Origin: an uncultured SAR86 cluster bacterium | GTDB lineage: Bacteria; Pseudomonadota; Gammaproteobacteria; Magnimaribacterales; D2472 | Direction of reading: 5' to 3' | Length of the DNA: 64,000 bases | NCBI GenBank assembly: GCA_902515155.1 | Contig: CABXTT010000003.1 | Coordinates: forward strand, 16-64,015 | Made by a program: the position numbers and the translations under genes | Notes under the pieces: model-generated | What the model was told of the DNA's origin: nothing | Seen by the model: the letters and a program-made list of their open reading frames with translations, nothing else | The model's database searches: none | Shown: in pieces, positions 61,224-64,000 of the stretch | Position numbering within the stretch: position 1 is the stretch's first letter | Layout of the letters: every line of letters starts with the position of its first letter

Positions 61224-61388
61224 ATGAACCCATTTACAATGATGAAAGATGCTAAAAACATGGAAAAGATGATGAAACCAGCATTGGAAAAATTTATGCT
61301 TGATTCTGGTTTTGTTAAAAAAGATGAGCTCATAAAATTAGAAAAAAGAATACATTTTCTAGAAAAGCAATTAAAAAAAATATCATAA
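61224..61388 (+). CDS. Small coiled-coil protein (54 aa, not in ORF track), possibly UbiK-like
   Basis: SD ggagaa; MNPFTMMKDAKNMEKMMKPALEKFMLDSGFVKKDELIKLEKRIHFLEKQLKKIS*. Confidence 0.6.
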   Translation: MNPFTMMKDAKNMEKMMKPALEKFMLDSGFVKKDELIKLEKRIHFLEKQLKKIS

Positions 61389-61401
61389 AAAGATAAAGAA
61401 T

Positions 61402-61659
61402 ATGAATTTAAAAGATTCAGATATTTCAAGAATTATTGAAATGGCATGGGAAGATAGAACCCCATTCGATGCCATAGAGTCTGCGTATGGTCTTAATCAG
61501 AATCAGGTTGAGGATCTTATGCGGAATAATCTTAAGAAGAATAGTTATGTTTTATGGAGAAAAAGAGCTAGAGGTAGAAAGACAAAACATGTTGGTTTAA
61601 GAGAGTTTGGAGCCTTTGGAAGACATCATTCATATGATCAAAATAAATATAAAAAGTAA
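61402..61659 (+). CDS. TIGR03643/DUF2805 family protein
   Basis: RIIEMAWEDRTPFDAI...LWRKRARGRKTKH. Confidence 0.85.
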   Translation: MNLKDSDISRIIEMAWEDRTPFDAIESAYGLNQNQVEDLMRNNLKKNSYVLWRKRARGRKTKHVGLREFGAFGRHHSYDQNKYKK

Positions 61660-61942
61660 CCATATTCAAATTGAAAATTTATATAAATCAATGTTTGTAG
61701 ATATTGATTCAACTTCAATTGTGCTTAACGATAAAAATGTTGTTATTCGGTGCACTGATCCAACTAACTCTGATGCAGCATCTTTAGAATTAACTGAAGA
61801 AGAGAAGGGCTACAGCATTAATTATTGGGACGGATACTCTTTGGCTGAATCAGAAGAGGACAAAGACTTGAAAAAAGCATTAAAAATCTTTAAGAGACTG
61901 GCAAAGAAAATGGCTAAAAATTTGAGAAGATTTAGCCAATAA
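61634..61942 (+). CDS. Hypothetical protein
   Basis: Fills the gap in the + strand run; YSINYWDGYSLAES; start uncertain. Confidence 0.6.
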   Translation: MIKINIKSNHIQIENLYKSMFVDIDSTSIVLNDKNVVIRCTDPTNSDAASLELTEEEKGYSINYWDGYSLAESEEDKDLKKALKIFKRLAKKMAKNLRRFSQ

Positions 61943-61944
61943 TT

Positions 61945-63495
61945 TTAGTTACTTATCGTAGCTGTTCCACCCATTCCTGAATGAATTGAACAATAATAGT
62001 AAAGAGTAGTAGGGGTGCTTGAAGTTACCTCTATTACCGTTGAACCAGAAGATTTAGTTACACCAGATGTGTATTCACTTCCTCCACCATGAGTTCCATT
62101 AGAGGTAGTTGAAAATCTAAACGGATGTGAAGACGAGTGAGTAAAGGTATAAGTTATGCCAACATTTAAAGTGATTGATTTCTTTTGTGTTCCATCAATA
62201 ACATATACATTTCCTGAGCCAGAGTTGTTTGCTGCAACAGAGACTTGTACAGTTTCAGTCTGTTGTTGAGCAGTTATTGATGAGAATGTTAGTCCGTCTA
62301 AATATTCTTTAGTAGGGTTTACTAAAACTCCATTAACTGTGTCGGTAAATAACGTATGAGCAAGAGGCAGTTTTGTTTGCATTTCTGCAGCTGTTAAAAC
62401 ACTCCATTCTGGTGATGCATCAGGTGCATATGAACTCTTCAGATCCCAACCTGTAAGTATCATCCAGTAAGCAAACTCTTGTGCTAATATTCTTTTTTTA
62501 GTTGCATCATCAACATCCGTATACATGCCAGTAGTGTCATAGTGGCCCATATCGACTGCTTGTTGCATTGCTAGATTAAGTTCTGAATTTTGATCATCGT
62601 ATGACCAGTTGTTAAATACTCTGTCATATCCAAGTGTAATGGTGTGAAGAAGATGTTCTAGAATAGAATTAATTTGATTTTCTTTAGATTGACTATCTGA
62701 GTCTGATGTTGCCTCCCATATAAAATCTATAACATCGTATGTGTCATTTATATTATCCCAGCCTGGATAATTAGCTTCATCGAGAGCAGGACTGTAGCTA
62801 CTCATGCTGGTTTTACCAATTCTTTGAAAGGCTTTATTAGTAATAAACCCATTTAACAAGGCATTTCTATTTGTACTATTTGTTGAGGAATTTGAAGCCA
62901 ATATTCTATTAGTAATATTAGCTACATTGATAACAAATTCATCAGTAACATCAGGAAGTCCGGCTAAAATTAACGCATATGATGTTGCATGTTTATCATA
63001 AGGGGCATAGCTATTATCTTTTACTAATGTTCCGTCCCATGCGGAAGCAACTTCATCATCAGATGTGTCGTTTGTAACTGTGACTGTAAAATCTTTTGAA
63101 TCTGACAATGTTCCGTCACTTACAGACGCAGTTAAGCTGTAAATATTATCTGAGTTAGCATCACTTGGATTCTCAAAATCAGGAGCAGTTGAGAAAGTAA
63201 CAACACCTGAGCTACTAATAGCAAATAATGATGAGTCATTATTCAGAATTGTGTAAGACAGAGAATCGTTGTCTGCATCAGTTGCAGTAACTGTAAAAGC
63301 TGAAGTCTGATTTTCTTGTACAGAAATACTTAGAGTTGAATTGGTTATTGTTGGGGCTGTATTTGATGATCCAGAACCGTAGCCGCCACTGCTACCACCA
63401 TCTGACATATAACTTCCACCGCCTCCACCACCACCACCGCATGCGCTAATAAAAAATAATATTGAGAGGCTTGTTGTATGTTTAAAGTTTTTCAT
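61945..63495 (-). CDS. Lipoprotein: Gly linker, cadherin-like domain, central putative metal-binding domain, C-terminal cupredoxin-like domain
   Basis: ISAC-GGGGGGGGG; ENQT..ATDADND..PDFENP; LEHLLHTI; HPFRF...LYYYCSIHSGMGG. Confidence 0.75.
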   Translation of the reverse strand: MKNFKHTTSLSILFFISACGGGGGGGGSYMSDGGSSGGYGSGSSNTAPTITNSTLSISVQENQTSAFTVTATDADNDSLSYTILNNDSSLFAISSSGVVTFSTAPDFENPSDANSDNIYSLTASVSDGTLSDSKDFTVTVTNDTSDDEVASAWDGTLVKDNSYAPYDKHATSYALILAGLPDVTDEFVINVANITNRILASNSSTNSTNRNALLNGFITNKAFQRIGKTSMSSYSPALDEANYPGWDNINDTYDVIDFIWEATSDSDSQSKENQINSILEHLLHTITLGYDRVFNNWSYDDQNSELNLAMQQAVDMGHYDTTGMYTDVDDATKKRILAQEFAYWMILTGWDLKSSYAPDASPEWSVLTAAEMQTKLPLAHTLFTDTVNGVLVNPTKEYLDGLTFSSITAQQQTETVQVSVAANNSGSGNVYVIDGTQKKSITLNVGITYTFTHSSSHPFRFSTTSNGTHGGGSEYTSGVTKSSGSTVIEVTSSTPTTLYYYCSIHSGMGGTATISN

Positions 63496-63540
63496 TAGAT
63501 TCCTTATTATTAATAAATATATATATTAAGTGTATATTAA

Positions 63541-63718
63541 ATAAGAATTGCTACTCCTAGCTATGACTTTAACTGAGAAATAATAAAAAAAGATGAGTGA
63601 AAATTATTACTTACTACTTTGTTAACTACCCTTAACTATAGGATTAAGAGCTGGGCGTCAAAAATAAAAATATAAAAAAGGATATACGGTTTTATTTAAG
63701 CAAAGCAGCAATTCTTGT
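63541..63718 (-). ncRNA. Candidate structured RNA, 6S-like
   Basis: Ends pair (aagaauugcugcuuu-gcu with agc-ua-ggaguagcaauucuu); central bubble; inner stems; TTGACA at 63753-63748 upstream. Confidence 0.5.
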
Positions 63719-63827
63719 AGTGTAATATTTCACATATCACTTGTATATGTCAATAACATATTTATTTACTATATTAATAATACTTTCAAGTGATATAATT
63801 TTGTAGTTTTAATACAAAAAAAATGAT

Positions 63828-64000
63828 TTATGGTCTAATATGTCCGTTTCCATTAACAAGATATTTAAAGCTTGTTAATTGATTAATTCCAACAGGACCT
63901 CTTGCATGAAATTTTCCTGTTGCTATTCCTATTTCCCCACCTAAGCCAAACTCTCCTCCATCCGCAAACTGCGTAGAAGTATTGTGCATAACAATTGCAG
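63828..64000 (-). CDS. proA: Gamma-glutamyl phosphate reductase, 3' part
   Basis: Reverse strand reads [56 protein letters not shown]. Confidence 0.95.
   Translation of the reverse strand, partial: AIVMHNTSTQFADGGEFGLGGEIGIATGKFHARGPVGINQLTSFKYLVNGNGHIRP

Noticed and set aside
63410-63440. (cca)n-like repeat as a phase-variation tract
   Set aside because: In-frame poly-Gly linker with mixed codons; slippage would not shift the frame.

Overview
AT-rich, densely packed 64-kb segment of a streamlined marine gammaproteobacterial chromosome. Gene content and order (tandem Cys-rich TonB-dependent receptors, smc-zipA, ung-ygfZ-sdhE-rpoE-degP-lepA-lepB-rnc-era-recO, adk-tsaB) suggest the SAR86 clade; this is inference, not a search result. 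It is mostly core genome: groESL, folE/queD, cysS, thrS, tRNA-Arg(CCU), metY with a SAM-II riboswitch, a full ccmA-I operon, nrdAB with NrdR and DnaA boxes, mdh, glpK, serA. I saw no CRISPR, integrase or transposase. Most unusual: (1) an SMC with no recognisable hinge whose two arm strands carry nested, in-register duplications (120 aa and 143 aa, including a second joint motif); (2) an ATP-dependent DNA ligase in the usual ligA slot after smc-zipA; (3) an RseA apparently fused to an RseB C-terminal domain; (4) a DnaA-box/IHF cluster between serA and ung (candidate oriC); (5) an unannotated ~180-nt rod-like RNA resembling 6S; (6) two genes that appear to need ATT/ATA starts and several apparently leaderless genes. 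All family calls come from reading motifs by eye.
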